From Spirochaetales bacterium (GTDB taxonomy: Bacteria > Spirochaetota > Spirochaetia > JABEVK01): DNA of 64,000 nucleotides. The stretch spans positions 32,001-96,000 of the forward strand of contig JBAXAI010000001.1 in assembly GCA_037142615.1 (NCBI GenBank). Direction: 5' to 3'. The notes under the pieces are model-generated. The model saw only the letters and a list, made by a program, of their open reading frames with translations, did no database searches and had not been told where the DNA came from. Positions within the stretch are counted from its first letter, which is position 1; each line of letters opens with the position of its first letter. This document shows positions 38,977-49,275 of this stretch, one piece after another. Made by a program: the position numbers and the translations under genes.

Positions 38977-40287
38977 TCAAGACGCGCCTTCTGTCGCGAT
39001 TTGGTTTCGACCACCCTTTTGGGCTTCGGCCAGCAGGGTCGACACTCGCCGCAACAGGCTGTCGACGGACTCGCCAGGCCTGGCCAGCGCCAAGCCTCCC
39101 GACACGGTGACTCCGCTCGGCCCGAGCGCCTTTTGCACGGCTTTCACCAACTTCTGCGCTTGTGCCCCGTCGACCGACGGCATGATCAGCAAAAAGGCCT
39201 CAATGCCGAAACGTCCCACCGTGCCGGACTCGCCCAGCGTGGCCGACGCGATGCCACAGAACTCCTGCAGCAGCCTGTCGGCCTCGACATGCCCTTGCAA
39301 GTCGTTGACCGGTTTGTAGTTGTCAACACTGCACAGCACCGCGGCCACGGCGTTTCCGTTCTTGACCGAGAACTCCAGCGCCTTGCCGAGCAGCTCGAGA
39401 CTGTACACCCGGTTGGGCACCTGGGTCAGAAAATCGGTGCGGGACAGGCGCAGAATCTCGTCGTTTTTGCGCTCCAGGTCGCGGTTGAGCTCGGCAAGTT
39501 CGGCCGAAAAGTCGATGAAGGCCTGCGTGTTGGCGATCTCTTCGGTCAGTTCAAACAGCGTCCACACCAGCGTGAGGTCCGAAGGGTCGTCGCGGCTGAG
39601 GGGGGCAACGTTCAGGAAACAACGGGTTTCGCGGCCCTTGATTTCGTCGAGCACGAGGACTTCGCCCCTCAGTGGGATAAGGACTTCGAGCCCGGAATCT
39701 TCGAGCGGGAGGTTGCCGATGTGCGAGAACAACGGAAGGACTTTCGTCAGCAGTTTGCCCGTGAGATCAACGCCAAACAAGGCATTGGCAAAGGTATTGG
39801 CAAAGCTGATGGTTTTGTCGGCACCGCTGAGGAAGACGCCCTGGTCCATGCCGTCGACGATGTGCCGAAACACCTCGATCTGGCGGGTATACTGCTTGAT
39901 GCGGGTTTGGGCGGTCGTCAGGTCGGCCATGTAGTCGATCATCTCCTGCCTGTCGTCCTGTTCGGTGCTTTGGTCGGAAAGGAGCCAAACCAGACGGTTG
40001 GGGCCGGCCGAGTTCACTTTGACTTTCACCCGGAACTCGTTGAGGTTGAGGCCGCGGACGATGTCTTCAAACACCTGCACGCCGGGGCTGGCAACGCCGA
40101 CCGGCAGCTGGTCGAGCGACCGGAAGGGAAACAATTCCGCCACCGAATCGACAGCCTTTTCCGAGGCGAGGCCCAACGCGACACGGGCACGCTCATTGCT
40201 TTGCACGATACGGCCTCTCAGGTCAGTGATCAAAACATTGTCGGGAAGCATTTCCAGCTGCTCAGGGGAAAAGACGTCGGTTGCCAT
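38977..40287 (-). CDS. PAS-PAS protein with degenerate GGDEF domain
   Basis: two PAS-like segments, coiled coil, TDFLTQVPNR, D.YK.VND..GH..AD, but RFGIEAF in place of GGDEF. Confidence 0.8.
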   Translation of the reverse strand: MATDVFSPEQLEMLPDNVLITDLRGRIVQSNERARVALGLASEKAVDSVAELFPFRSLDQLPVGVASPGVQVFEDIVRGLNLNEFRVKVKVNSAGPNRLVWLLSDQSTEQDDRQEMIDYMADLTTAQTRIKQYTRQIEVFRHIVDGMDQGVFLSGADKTISFANTFANALFGVDLTGKLLTKVLPLFSHIGNLPLEDSGLEVLIPLRGEVLVLDEIKGRETRCFLNVAPLSRDDPSDLTLVWTLFELTEEIANTQAFIDFSAELAELNRDLERKNDEILRLSRTDFLTQVPNRVYSLELLGKALEFSVKNGNAVAAVLCSVDNYKPVNDLQGHVEADRLLQEFCGIASATLGESGTVGRFGIEAFLLIMPSVDGAQAQKLVKAVQKALGPSGVTVSGGLALARPGESVDSLLRRVSTLLAEAQKGGRNQIATEGAS

Positions 40288-40377
40288 GCGTTAAGCGTAA
40301 GTCCGGGTGCCCGAATAAGCAAGGATTGACAAGACCTCAGCCGGGTGCGAAGTTGAGCCTACGAGGAAGGTGCGAGC

Positions 40378-40752
40378 ATGACCGACGAACAGAAGGAAGA
40401 CCTGCAGTTCTGGTTCTACACGCGGGTCTTTGCCGACGGAAAACAGCCTTCCTACGCGCTCACCACTAGTGCCGCCGAGGTAGGAGTCACTGTCGAGGTG
40501 GCGTGGGCGTACCTGCAAGAAGATGGCCGCTTGGTCGGCTCGGTTCAGGCTCCCGTCTTGGTGTGGCCTGACGTGGATTCCGCTGATCCCAAGGGCATCT
40601 ACGTCGACATCGAATGGATGTTTCAGATTCTGCACCGCGCCGGGCTGCGCGCCGAAAAGCTCTGGAAGGCGCTGGCAGCGATTTACAAGTTGACTTTGGC
40701 GTCGGCCCGCGCCGAGGCGGAGTTGATTCCTGTGGTTGAGGGCGAGGATTGA
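40378..40752 (+). CDS. hypothetical protein
   Basis: 124-aa ORF with GAAGG SD; stop overlaps the next TTG start. Confidence 0.6.
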   Translation: MTDEQKEDLQFWFYTRVFADGKQPSYALTTSAAEVGVTVEVAWAYLQEDGRLVGSVQAPVLVWPDVDSADPKGIYVDIEWMFQILHRAGLRAEKLWKALAAIYKLTLASARAEAELIPVVEGED

Positions 40753-41507
40753 CAGGCGAACCACCCACGGTACGAGAGTTCTGCTGGCGCTGCTTCTGGC
40801 CCAAGGAACGCTGCTGGTGCGACGAGATCACCACCATGGCGGTGCGCACGCGGTTTGTTTTTCTGATGCATCCCAAAGAGTACAAGCAGGAAAAGAACGG
40901 CACTGGCCGCCTCACCGCGTTGGCCCTGAGAGATAGCCTCATCGAGATGGGAATCGGCTTCGACGACAATCCGGTGGTGCAGGGACTGATCAGCGACCCA
41001 GCGAACTACCCGATGCTGCTTTACCCCGGCGACGGAGCCCGCAACGTGTCCGACGGCACCTTGGCCCCGGCCGACCTGGACGGGCGCCGACTGGTGGTCT
41101 TCTTGCTTGACGGAACCTGGGCCTGCGCCAAAAAAATGCTCAAGCTGAGCCCGAGCCTGCAGCGCCTCGACAAGCTGATGTTCACACCCACCGAGAAGAG
41201 CCGGTTCGTCATCAAGCGGCAACCGCATGAGTTGTGCCTGAGCACACTTGAGGCCACGCACCAGTTCCTTTTGGCGCTCGAAGCGGCAGGGCTCGACGTG
41301 TACCCCGACCGCGAGCAACTTCCGCGGGTGTTCCAGGCGATGCAAGACTACCAGATCGCCTGCGCCAGCGATCCCGAGCGTCACGGGTACCGACGCAAGG
41401 CCTACAAACTGCCCGAACAACGCGACACGCTGCCCCAGCACCGCAAGGGCCACCGCAACCTCTTCTGGAAGCCGTTTGACCCGGCGAACCTTCCCAAGTC
41501 GCGCTGA
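40749..41507 (+). CDS. DTW-domain tRNA-uridine aminocarboxypropyltransferase (TapT-like)
   Basis: CxxC..CxC, HPKE, TGRL, LLYPG, LDGTW, LSTLEA. Confidence 0.88.
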   Translation: MTGEPPTVREFCWRCFWPKERCWCDEITTMAVRTRFVFLMHPKEYKQEKNGTGRLTALALRDSLIEMGIGFDDNPVVQGLISDPANYPMLLYPGDGARNVSDGTLAPADLDGRRLVVFLLDGTWACAKKMLKLSPSLQRLDKLMFTPTEKSRFVIKRQPHELCLSTLEATHQFLLALEAAGLDVYPDREQLPRVFQAMQDYQIACASDPERHGYRRKAYKLPEQRDTLPQHRKGHRNLFWKPFDPANLPKSR

Positions 41508-41573
41508 GTTGCCGATTGGGCCGAAATCACGGACATTGACCTTCAGGCGCCCGGGCGCCGAAGGAGACTTTTC

Positions 41574-42473
41574 ATGTCAGTTCGCGGCATCCGTTCCATC
41601 ACAGCCTCGCAGCCCACCATGGAGGGAGCCGGGGTGAGGCTGCGCCGGGGCTTCGGCTTTGGCACCACCACCGAGTTCGATCCGTTCCTGCTGTTCGATG
41701 ATTTTCGTGGCGATCAGGCCGCTGACTACCAGGCAGGCTTTCCCTGGCATCCGCACCGGGGTATCGAAACCATTACCTACGTGCTCGCGGGCCAGGTGGA
41801 ACATCGCGACAGCCTGGGAAACCGCGGCCTCATGAAGCCGGGCGATCTGCAGTGGATGACCGCCGGCCGGGGCATCATCCATCAGGAAATGCCCGAAGGC
41901 GACGAGGGCGGCCGAATGCACGGGTTTCAGTTGTGGGCCAACCTGCCGGCCCGCCTCAAGATGACCGCGCCGCGCTACCAGGACATTCCCAGCCAGGCCG
42001 TGGCCGAAATTCACGAGGACGACGGTACCATCGTGCGCGTGCTGGCGGGCCATTTTTGGGGCAAAACCGGGCCGGTTGAGGGCATCGCCGCCGATCCGAC
42101 CTACCTCGATTTTTTTATCCCCGCCGGAGTGACCCGCCGGATTCCGGTCGCGGTGGACCGGCATGCCTTCGCCTATGTGTTTGAGGGCAAAGGGTTCTTT
42201 CACGACGCCTCGGAACCGCAGGGGGTGCTGACGGAGGACTTGGCCACCGACCTGGTGACCCGCGCACGTCCAGCCGAGAACCGCCACCTCGTCCTGTTCG
42301 ACCAAGGCGACGAAATCGTGGTGTCAGCCGGCCCGGTAGGACTGCGGTTCCTGTTGGCGACGGGAACACCCCTGGGCGAACCTGTCGCTTGGATGGGCCC
42401 CATCGTGATGAACACGCAGCAGGAGATTCGGCAGGCGCAAAGGGATCTGAACGACGGGACGTTCATCCGTTAA
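41574..42473 (+). CDS. pirin family protein
   Basis: DPFLLFD, HPHRGIETITY, WMTAGRGIIHQE, QLWANLP, GPIVMNT. Confidence 0.95.
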   Translation: MSVRGIRSITASQPTMEGAGVRLRRGFGFGTTTEFDPFLLFDDFRGDQAADYQAGFPWHPHRGIETITYVLAGQVEHRDSLGNRGLMKPGDLQWMTAGRGIIHQEMPEGDEGGRMHGFQLWANLPARLKMTAPRYQDIPSQAVAEIHEDDGTIVRVLAGHFWGKTGPVEGIAADPTYLDFFIPAGVTRRIPVAVDRHAFAYVFEGKGFFHDASEPQGVLTEDLATDLVTRARPAENRHLVLFDQGDEIVVSAGPVGLRFLLATGTPLGEPVAWMGPIVMNTQQEIRQAQRDLNDGTFIR

Positions 42474-42474
42474 T

Positions 42475-42503
42475 TTGACCGCCACGACAAAGCGACGTAC
42501 CTT
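42475..42503 (+). promoter_or_regulatory. sigma70 promoter, leaderless geometry
   Basis: TTGACC-17 nt-TACCTT-6 nt-ATG 42510. Confidence 0.7.
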
Positions 42504-42509
42504 GCGCAC

Positions 42510-43496
42510 ATGAAAACAAGAACCTTGGGTAGGAACGGTCCCGTCGTCTCGGCAATCGGCTTGGGCTGCATGGGCATGTCGGACTTCTACGGACCTTCGG
42601 ACAATGCGGCCTCGGAGACGTTGCTCCGGCAGGCTGTCGATCTGGGCCTCAACTTTTTCGACACGGCCGACATGTACGGCGTGGGGGCCAACGAATCGCT
42701 GCTGGGATTTTCGCTTCGGGCCGTTCGCGACCACGTGGTGATCGCCACCAAGTTCGGCAACATGCGCCGGCTCGATGGGGCCCACTTGGGCGTCAACGGC
42801 CGACCGGAATACGTCAAGGCCGCCTGCGACCAGAGCCTCAAGCGCCTGGGGGTTGACCACATCGATTTGTACTACCAGCATCGCGTTGACCCGGCGGTTC
42901 CGATCGAAGAAACCGTCGGCGCCATGGCCGAACTGGTCGCAGCCGGCAAAGTGAAATACCTGGGGCTTTCGGAAGCCGGGCCCGACACCATCCGGCGTGC
43001 CCACCGGGTTCACCCCATCACGGCGCTCCAGACCGAACTGAGCCTGTGGACGCGCGACGCCCAGGGCGACATCTTGGCCACCTTGCGCGAACTGGGCATC
43101 GGTTTTGTCGCCTACAGCCCGTTGGGCCGTGGCTTTCTCACCGGCGCGTTTTCCACTCCCAGTGACTTCGCGGCCGGCGATTTCCGGTCGGTGAACCCCC
43201 GCATGAGCGGTGAGAACTTCGCCGCCAACCGCAAACTGGTCAGCGAGGTCGAGGCCTTGGCCGCTGAAAAAGGGGTCACCACGGCTCAGTTGTCCCTTGC
43301 CTGGGTTCTCGCGCAAGGAGACGACATTGTGCCGATTCCCGGCACCCGCCGCTTGAAGTACCTGAAAGACAACCTCGCGGCGACGGAAATCGGCCTTGAC
43401 CCCACGGAACTGGCCCGCCTGACCGACGTGTTTTCACCCGGCGCTGTGGCGGGCACGCGCTACGACGAGAACGGCATGAAGCGCGTCGGTCTCTAG
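42510..43496 (+). CDS. aldo/keto reductase
   Basis: [40 protein letters not shown]. Confidence 0.95.
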   Translation: MKTRTLGRNGPVVSAIGLGCMGMSDFYGPSDNAASETLLRQAVDLGLNFFDTADMYGVGANESLLGFSLRAVRDHVVIATKFGNMRRLDGAHLGVNGRPEYVKAACDQSLKRLGVDHIDLYYQHRVDPAVPIEETVGAMAELVAAGKVKYLGLSEAGPDTIRRAHRVHPITALQTELSLWTRDAQGDILATLRELGIGFVAYSPLGRGFLTGAFSTPSDFAAGDFRSVNPRMSGENFAANRKLVSEVEALAAEKGVTTAQLSLAWVLAQGDDIVPIPGTRRLKYLKDNLAATEIGLDPTELARLTDVFSPGAVAGTRYDENGMKRVGL

Positions 43497-43536
43497 GATT
43501 GGCAAGACGGGCCGATATTCAAACCAGAGGTGAACC

Positions 43537-44307
43537 ATGTACGGCTTGGAAGTCGACCTTTTCGCGCAGATGACAAGGCTCAGAGACGAGTTCGGCGTCG
43601 AGTACCTCAAAGCCGAGTTCGAGGCTGAGGGTTCCAGTTTTCGCGACTTGGTCCGGCTTCGGCGCCTGAGCGCCTCGGCCGGCATGGGCCTGCTGATCAA
43701 AATCGGTGGGTGCGAGGTCGTCCGCGACCTGCGCGACGCGCTGGAGTTGGGGGCCGACGCCATCGTCGCCCCGATGATCGAGAGCCCTTTCGCGCTGGCC
43801 AAGTTCTGGGAAGCCGCCAACAAGGTGTTCCGTACCGGACGCCGCCCGCGACTGGCGTTCAACGTCGAGACCCGGGCCTGCGTCGAAAACCTCGACGGCA
43901 TCTTGGAATACGGCTTGGGCAAGATGGATGGGTTCACCATCGGCCGCAGCGATCTTTCCGGCTCGTACTTTGACCCGTTCGTCACCCCCGACAGCGCGTT
44001 CCTTCTGGACATCGTTGAGGATGTTGCCTCCAGAGCAGCCACGGCGGGTTGGGATGTCTGGATGGGAGGGAGCCTGAGCCAAAAAAGCATCGCCGTGCTC
44101 GAACAGCGCCCCCGGTTGCGCCAGGCGGTCCGCCACTACGAAACCCGCAAGGTTGTGTTGCCAGGCGCCCAGGTGTTTGCCCGCCCCGAAATCGTCGGCG
44201 AAGCTCTCAAGTTCGAGGAACTCTATCTGCTGAGCCGAAAAGAGATCCTCGACGACGCCACGGCCGACGACCGCCAGCGGTTGGCCGTGCTGAAAAGCCG
44301 CCGCTAG
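43537..44307 (+). CDS. HpcH/citrate-lyase-beta-like aldolase family protein
   Basis: KAEFEAEG, KIGGCE, APMIES, NVET, GRSDL. Confidence 0.7.
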   Translation: MYGLEVDLFAQMTRLRDEFGVEYLKAEFEAEGSSFRDLVRLRRLSASAGMGLLIKIGGCEVVRDLRDALELGADAIVAPMIESPFALAKFWEAANKVFRTGRRPRLAFNVETRACVENLDGILEYGLGKMDGFTIGRSDLSGSYFDPFVTPDSAFLLDIVEDVASRAATAGWDVWMGGSLSQKSIAVLEQRPRLRQAVRHYETRKVVLPGAQVFARPEIVGEALKFEELYLLSRKEILDDATADDRQRLAVLKSRR

Positions 44308-44313
44308 GCCAGC

Positions 44314-46023
44314 ATGATCCTCATCGCGTTTGCTTTTCTGGCCGGCATCGTCACCATCCTTTCGCCCTGCATTCTGCCAGTGTTGCCTCTCGTGCTCGGC
44401 GGCACCGCGGGCCAGGGCCGCCTGAGACCGTGGGGCATCGTGGCCGGGTTCATCGGTAGTTTTACCCTGTTCACCCTCACTCTCAGTTCACTCGTCCAGA
44501 CTCTGAACCTGCCGCCGGATCTGTTGCGGTGGGTGGCCGCAGGTCTGGTGGCCGTGTTCGGCATCGTCCTGGTGGTTCCGCAGTTCAAGGACGCGTTTTT
44601 GGCGCTGGCCACCCGGTTGGTCTCGCGTTCGGCGCCGGCACCCGTCGGGTTCCCCGCCGCCGCGAGTCGGTGGGGAGGCCTGGTGCCTGGCCTGCTGCTC
44701 GGGTTCAGCCTGGGTGTGGTGTGGACCCCTTGCGTGGGCCCCATCATGGCCAGCGTCATCAGCCTTTCGCTGACCCAGACGGTCACTTCGGACAGCGTGC
44801 TGATCACTTTGGCGTACGCTTGTGGCACGGCCGTTCCCCTGCTTGCCATCCTGCTGGGCGGGCGCCGACTGTTGCAGAGATTTCCTTTCCTGGTAAAGAG
44901 TTCTGGGGCGGTTCAGCGGGTGTTTGGGGGTCTGATGCTCCTGACGGCCGTGGCGTTGCTGACCGGGGCCGACCGCCAGGTGCAGGTGTGGGTTCTGACG
45001 ACGTTTCCGCAGTACGGCACCGGTTTGACGGCGCTGGAGGACCAGAGTGTCGTCCGCGAGGAGTTGGCCAAGCTGGAGCCGACGCGTGCTTCGACGCCGG
45101 TTGCCCAACCGTTGTCGCTGGCGTCGGGAGCTTGGATCAACTCGCCGCCTTTATCGCTCGATGGCCTCAAGGGCAAAGTGGTTCTGCTCGACTTCTGGAC
45201 CTACAGCTGCGTCAATTGCGTGCGGACACTGCCCTACTTACGAGCTTGGTACGAAAAGTACAAAGGCGAGGGATTGGTGATCGTCGGGGTCCACAGCCCT
45301 GAGTTTGCCTTTGAGAGGTCCGAAGCCAACGTCCGCCAGGCGGTCAAGGATCTGGGGGTGACCTGGCCGGTGGTGCAAGACAACGCGTTCGGCATCTGGA
45401 ATGCCTATCAAAACAAGTTCTGGCCCTCGCACTACCTGTATGGCCGCGACGGCGAACTGCTCGAGACGCACTCCGGTGAGGGGGGCTACGCCGAAACCGA
45501 GGCCCTGATCGTCCGGGCCCTGGGCCTGCGGCCGACCGCAGGGGCTTCCCCTGCTTCGATGGGCACAGTGGCCGGGGCCATTTCGGTTTCCAGCGGGCCA
45601 CTGACCCCGGAAACCTACCTTGGGTACGCACGCGGAGCCCGGTTTGCGAGCCCGCAAGACGTCGCGGCCGACAGCGAAGCGCAGTATTCGCTGCCAACAA
45701 CCCTTGCCACCGATGAATGGGCGCTGGCCGGGCGCTGGACCATCGGCTCCGAAGCGTCCACCGCGACCAAGGGAGCCCGCCTTTTGCTGCATTTTCAAGG
45801 GCAGAGAGTCTACTTGGTCCTCCGACCCGTTCCGGGAGAAGCTGCGCACATAACGGTGAAGATCGGTGGAAGGCCGGCCAACGGAGGCGACGTCCACGAC
45901 GGCGTGCTGACCCTCGACAAGGACCGCCTTTACCAAGTTGTGGACCAAACCGACTCGGGTGAGGGTCTGCTTGAGCTCGAAATGGCTGGGCAGGTCGCCG
46001 TCTACGCCTTCACGTTTGGCTGA
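44314..46023 (+). CDS. dipZ: DipZ-type CcdA-thioredoxin fusion
   Basis: SPCILPVLP, WTPCVGP, DFWTYSCVNC, GVHSPEF, TPETYLG C-terminal domain. Confidence 0.9.
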   Translation: MILIAFAFLAGIVTILSPCILPVLPLVLGGTAGQGRLRPWGIVAGFIGSFTLFTLTLSSLVQTLNLPPDLLRWVAAGLVAVFGIVLVVPQFKDAFLALATRLVSRSAPAPVGFPAAASRWGGLVPGLLLGFSLGVVWTPCVGPIMASVISLSLTQTVTSDSVLITLAYACGTAVPLLAILLGGRRLLQRFPFLVKSSGAVQRVFGGLMLLTAVALLTGADRQVQVWVLTTFPQYGTGLTALEDQSVVREELAKLEPTRASTPVAQPLSLASGAWINSPPLSLDGLKGKVVLLDFWTYSCVNCVRTLPYLRAWYEKYKGEGLVIVGVHSPEFAFERSEANVRQAVKDLGVTWPVVQDNAFGIWNAYQNKFWPSHYLYGRDGELLETHSGEGGYAETEALIVRALGLRPTAGASPASMGTVAGAISVSSGPLTPETYLGYARGARFASPQDVAADSEAQYSLPTTLATDEWALAGRWTIGSEASTATKGARLLLHFQGQRVYLVLRPVPGEAAHITVKIGGRPANGGDVHDGVLTLDKDRLYQVVDQTDSGEGLLELEMAGQVAVYAFTFG

Positions 46024-47294
46024 CTGCGTACCCACAAGGCCAGCGCCTTGGGCTCAAGTCCCGAGCGTGCCTCGCCGGTCGCCGTGTCCTTGCAGTTGAC
46101 ACCCGCCTCGGAGACCTGCGCCACGAAACGAATGCCCTTGGCTTCGGCGTACTTGTACTGTTGGGCAACCTTTTTGTCACAGAGGTACACCTCGGCGTTG
46201 AGGCCCTGGCTGCGTAGTTCCTGGGCCAACTTTTGTGCCGAGCCACCGGTACCGCTGAGCACCAGCACGTGACTCTTGCCTGCCACCGCCGCCGTCAGCC
46301 CCAGCTCTTCCAGGCCCGCCAGCAACCGGTCGAGGCCCACACTCGCGCCCACGCCCGGGAGCTCTTCCTTGGTGTACAAGTCGGCAAGGTTGTTGTAGCG
46401 GCCGCCCGACATCACCGAACCTAAGCCGGGCAATGCATCGAGGAAGGTTTCGTAGACGATTCCCGTATAATAGTCCAGGCCCCGGGTGATCGAAGGGTCC
46501 AGAACAAAACGTCCTGCGATACCAAGTTCGGTCATCAGGCCCGCAAGTTCGCGCAGACGCCGCGTGTCGTCGGCCTCACCCCCGGCAAGAGATTCCAGTG
46601 CGGTCAGGACCGTCAGGAAGTCGCCTTTGGCACCGATGTACTCCAGAATCCGTTTGGAGGCTTCGGGGGAAACCACTTCGCCCAAGAGTCGGCCCACTTC
46701 TGCGGCGCCTATCTTTGCCAGCTTGTCAACCGCCCTGAGCACGGCCACCGAGTGCTGACGGGCGCCCAGGGACTCCAGGAAGCGGTTGAAAATGCCCCTG
46801 TGACTGAGCCGGATGGTTGCCTTTCCGCCGACCAGAAGATCCATGGCCTGGGTCATCATCAAGAGGATCTCGAAGTCCGCAGCCGCCGTGTCGGCACCCA
46901 CGATGTCGAAATCGCACTGCACAAACTCACGGTAACGGCCCCGCTGCGTGTTCTCGCCCCGCCACACTTTGCCCATGTGATAGCGCTTGAATGGAAGCGC
47001 CAACTTGCTGGAGTTCGCCGCCATGAAGCGGGCAAAAGGGACCGTCAGGTCAAAACGCATGCTCACGTCGCGCCCGCCGTGGTCCTCAAAGCGGTACACC
47101 TGCTTGTCGGTCTCGCCGCCGCCTTTGCCCAGAAGCACCTCGGTGTATTCCAGAACGGGAGTGTCAATGGGAACGAAGCCAAAGGACTCGAAGACGGTCT
47201 CGAGCCCGGCCATCAGGGCCTTTTTGGGAATTTCCTGCTGGGGAAGGGAGTCGCGAAAGCCTTTGAGCACTTGGGGTTCGATCAGAGTTGCCAT
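46002..47294 (-). CDS. hisS: histidine--tRNA ligase
   Basis: KGFRD.LP, RFDLTVP, RGRYREF.QCD, RGLDYYTG, GGRYNNL; TATCCT 6 nt before ATG. Confidence 0.96.
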   Translation of the reverse strand: MATLIEPQVLKGFRDSLPQQEIPKKALMAGLETVFESFGFVPIDTPVLEYTEVLLGKGGGETDKQVYRFEDHGGRDVSMRFDLTVPFARFMAANSSKLALPFKRYHMGKVWRGENTQRGRYREFVQCDFDIVGADTAAADFEILLMMTQAMDLLVGGKATIRLSHRGIFNRFLESLGARQHSVAVLRAVDKLAKIGAAEVGRLLGEVVSPEASKRILEYIGAKGDFLTVLTALESLAGGEADDTRRLRELAGLMTELGIAGRFVLDPSITRGLDYYTGIVYETFLDALPGLGSVMSGGRYNNLADLYTKEELPGVGASVGLDRLLAGLEELGLTAAVAGKSHVLVLSGTGGSAQKLAQELRSQGLNAEVYLCDKKVAQQYKYAEAKGIRFVAQVSEAGVNCKDTATGEARSGLEPKALALWVRSQPNVKA

Positions 47295-47355
47295 GGGCCA
47301 AGGATACCTCAACCGCACTCTGGCGCGCAACGGACCCCGGGACGATACTGAAGCT

Positions 47356-48942
47356 ATGGAACCGAGAGGAACCGACTTGCAGCAACTGGCCGACCTCACG
47401 CTGCGGCGTCTGGTGCCGCACGACGGCGCCACCAGGCAATGGCTTGCCCAAGCTTGCCGCCTGCGAACGGCCGAGCCCGGGGGCGAGCTGCTCACCGAGT
47501 CCGAGGAAGTCCAACTCGGCATCCTCCTTTCTGGCAGGCTCGAAACGGCTTTCCGTACCCTTCGGCCGGGAACGGCCTTTGGAGAAGAACCGTTTCTGGG
47601 CCGCGACCGTCACGAGCCTGGTTTCCGTGCCGCTCGCACCAGCGTGTACCTGTCGCTCTCGCTTGAGGACTTTGACCGTGGTCTGGCCCTGCATCCGACA
47701 GGTTTGATGGGATTCTTGCGCCAGTTGAGCCAGCAACACCCCCCGGCCAGCCGCGCGGTTTGGACCCTGGGGTCGGGTTGCGAGAGTTTGATTAAGTTGC
47801 TTCCGGGGAACTCCGGCGCGACCTTGCTGATGCCCCAGGTTGTCGATGAAGCTACTACGGCCCAATTGGCTGCCTTGGAGCAGCACCACGAGCGGGTTTT
47901 TCTGGTAGACGGCGAGGTCGAAGGCTGGAACGAGTTTTGCGCGGCTCAGAGCGACGGTTCGCTGAGCCTCAAGGCTGAAGGCCCCTGGCTGGTTCCGGTA
48001 TCGAGAGCCCAGGGGGAAGCGACCTTTCCCGGCTTGCCCGGTCGCCTTCGGATCGACGATCCAGAAGCCTGGGCCCGTTTGGTCCGGCTCCTCACCGGCG
48101 GGGCCCGCGGGCAAGTGCTTTCGGGCAGTGGAGCCCGAGGTTTTGCCCATATCGGCGAGCTTAAGGCCCTTTGCGAGCGCAAATTGGCCCCCGACAGCGT
48201 TGGCGGAGCCAGCATGGGCGCCCTCATCGCCTGCCTTTGGGCAGTCCATCAGGACGTGGCTGTTCTTGAGGACCTCGCTCGCGATCTGGGGCACTCCAGC
48301 CGTGTGCCCGACTGGACGATGGGTGCGACCTCGCTCACCTCGGGCCTCAAAGTTGCCCGCTTGCTCGAGGGGTTGTTTGGCGACCTCAGGTTTGAAGACC
48401 TTCCGCTGCCGGCCTTTTCCTTAGCCACCGACCTGACGGCTGCCCGGGAAGTTGTGTTCACCTCGGGGCGACTGCAAGACGCCGTCAGGGCCAGCCTCGC
48501 CATCCCCGGGGTGTTCTACCCTGTTGTCCGTGGCGGCGAGATTCTGGTCGACGGGGGTTTGATGAACAACCTTCCCATCGACGTGCTGGCCCAACGTTTG
48601 CCCCTGGGTCAGTTGCTTGCCGTCGACGTCACTGCGGCAGACTGGGAAACCGAGACCGGTTGGATTGGGGCCCCCTCGGCTGCCCGCCGGGCCTGGGATC
48701 AGGTTTGGGACCAATTGCACCCGTCGCACGCCGGAAAGGTGCCCTCGTTGGCCGATCTCCTCGTGCAGTCGCTTGAGGTCAACTCGCGGCGACGCTACCG
48801 GGAAACTTCGCACCTGCCGCACCGTTTGCTTGCGATCAATGTCACCGGCTTTGACCCACTGGACTTCGGCAATTGGAAGCGCCTGATCAACGAGGGCTAC
48901 CGGCAGGCTTGCCTTCAACTCGACAAACTTGATTCTATATAG
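47356..48942 (+). CDS. cNMP-binding domain plus patatin-like phospholipase (NTE/RssA-like)
   Basis: GSGARG, GASMG, DGG motifs; N-terminal FGEE cNMP-like segment. Confidence 0.85.
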   Translation: MEPRGTDLQQLADLTLRRLVPHDGATRQWLAQACRLRTAEPGGELLTESEEVQLGILLSGRLETAFRTLRPGTAFGEEPFLGRDRHEPGFRAARTSVYLSLSLEDFDRGLALHPTGLMGFLRQLSQQHPPASRAVWTLGSGCESLIKLLPGNSGATLLMPQVVDEATTAQLAALEQHHERVFLVDGEVEGWNEFCAAQSDGSLSLKAEGPWLVPVSRAQGEATFPGLPGRLRIDDPEAWARLVRLLTGGARGQVLSGSGARGFAHIGELKALCERKLAPDSVGGASMGALIACLWAVHQDVAVLEDLARDLGHSSRVPDWTMGATSLTSGLKVARLLEGLFGDLRFEDLPLPAFSLATDLTAAREVVFTSGRLQDAVRASLAIPGVFYPVVRGGEILVDGGLMNNLPIDVLAQRLPLGQLLAVDVTAADWETETGWIGAPSAARRAWDQVWDQLHPSHAGKVPSLADLLVQSLEVNSRRRYRETSHLPHRLLAINVTGFDPLDFGNWKRLINEGYRQACLQLDKLDSI

Positions 48943-48957
48943 AACTTGTGCTATATT
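48929..48957 (+). promoter_or_regulatory. sigma70 promoter with extended -10, leaderless geometry
   Basis: TTGATT-17 nt-(TGn)TATATT-6 nt-ATG 48964. Confidence 0.7.
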
Positions 48958-48963
48958 CTTGCT

Positions 48964-49266
48964 ATGACAGAAGCGCTTGAATGTCCCCCCGAGCTCTTGG
49001 AAGACTGGTCGGCTAAACTCAGGGTCTGTGGCCACCCCACGCGGCTCAAGATCCTGTGCCTCATCGAGAGGCAGGCGGCTTGCGTGACGGACCTTTGGCA
49101 GTGTCTCGAACAGCCGCAGCCGGTCGTGAGCCAGCATCTGTCGGTACTGCGCGAAAAGAACATCGTTGGAACCACCGTTCTGGGCAACAAACGCTTGTAT
49201 CACATCGAGGATTCCATGGTGCGACGCATGGTGCAGGACTTTCTCAAGGCCGCTGTTCCGGTCTAG
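48964..49266 (+). CDS. ArsR/SmtB family transcription factor
   Basis: HPTRLKIL, ACVTDL, VSQHLSVLR, G..RLY. Confidence 0.9.
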   Translation: MTEALECPPELLEDWSAKLRVCGHPTRLKILCLIERQAACVTDLWQCLEQPQPVVSQHLSVLREKNIVGTTVLGNKRLYHIEDSMVRRMVQDFLKAAVPV

Positions 49267-49275
49267 TCTGGACCT

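Noticed and set aside
38943-38980. Leaderless promoter or T-box for ileS
   Set aside because: The spacer is too short for a T-box and the -10 match (TTCAAT) is weak, so it was not counted
43511-43518. GCCGATAT sigma28-like -10 upstream of the aldolase-like gene
   Set aside because: No TAAA -35 at the expected 15-nt spacing
47356-48942. Patatin plus cyclic-nucleotide domain as a CBASS/Pycsar-like defence effector
   Set aside because: No cyclase or other defence gene is nearby; the architecture fits ordinary NTE/RssA-like phospholipases in a housekeeping context
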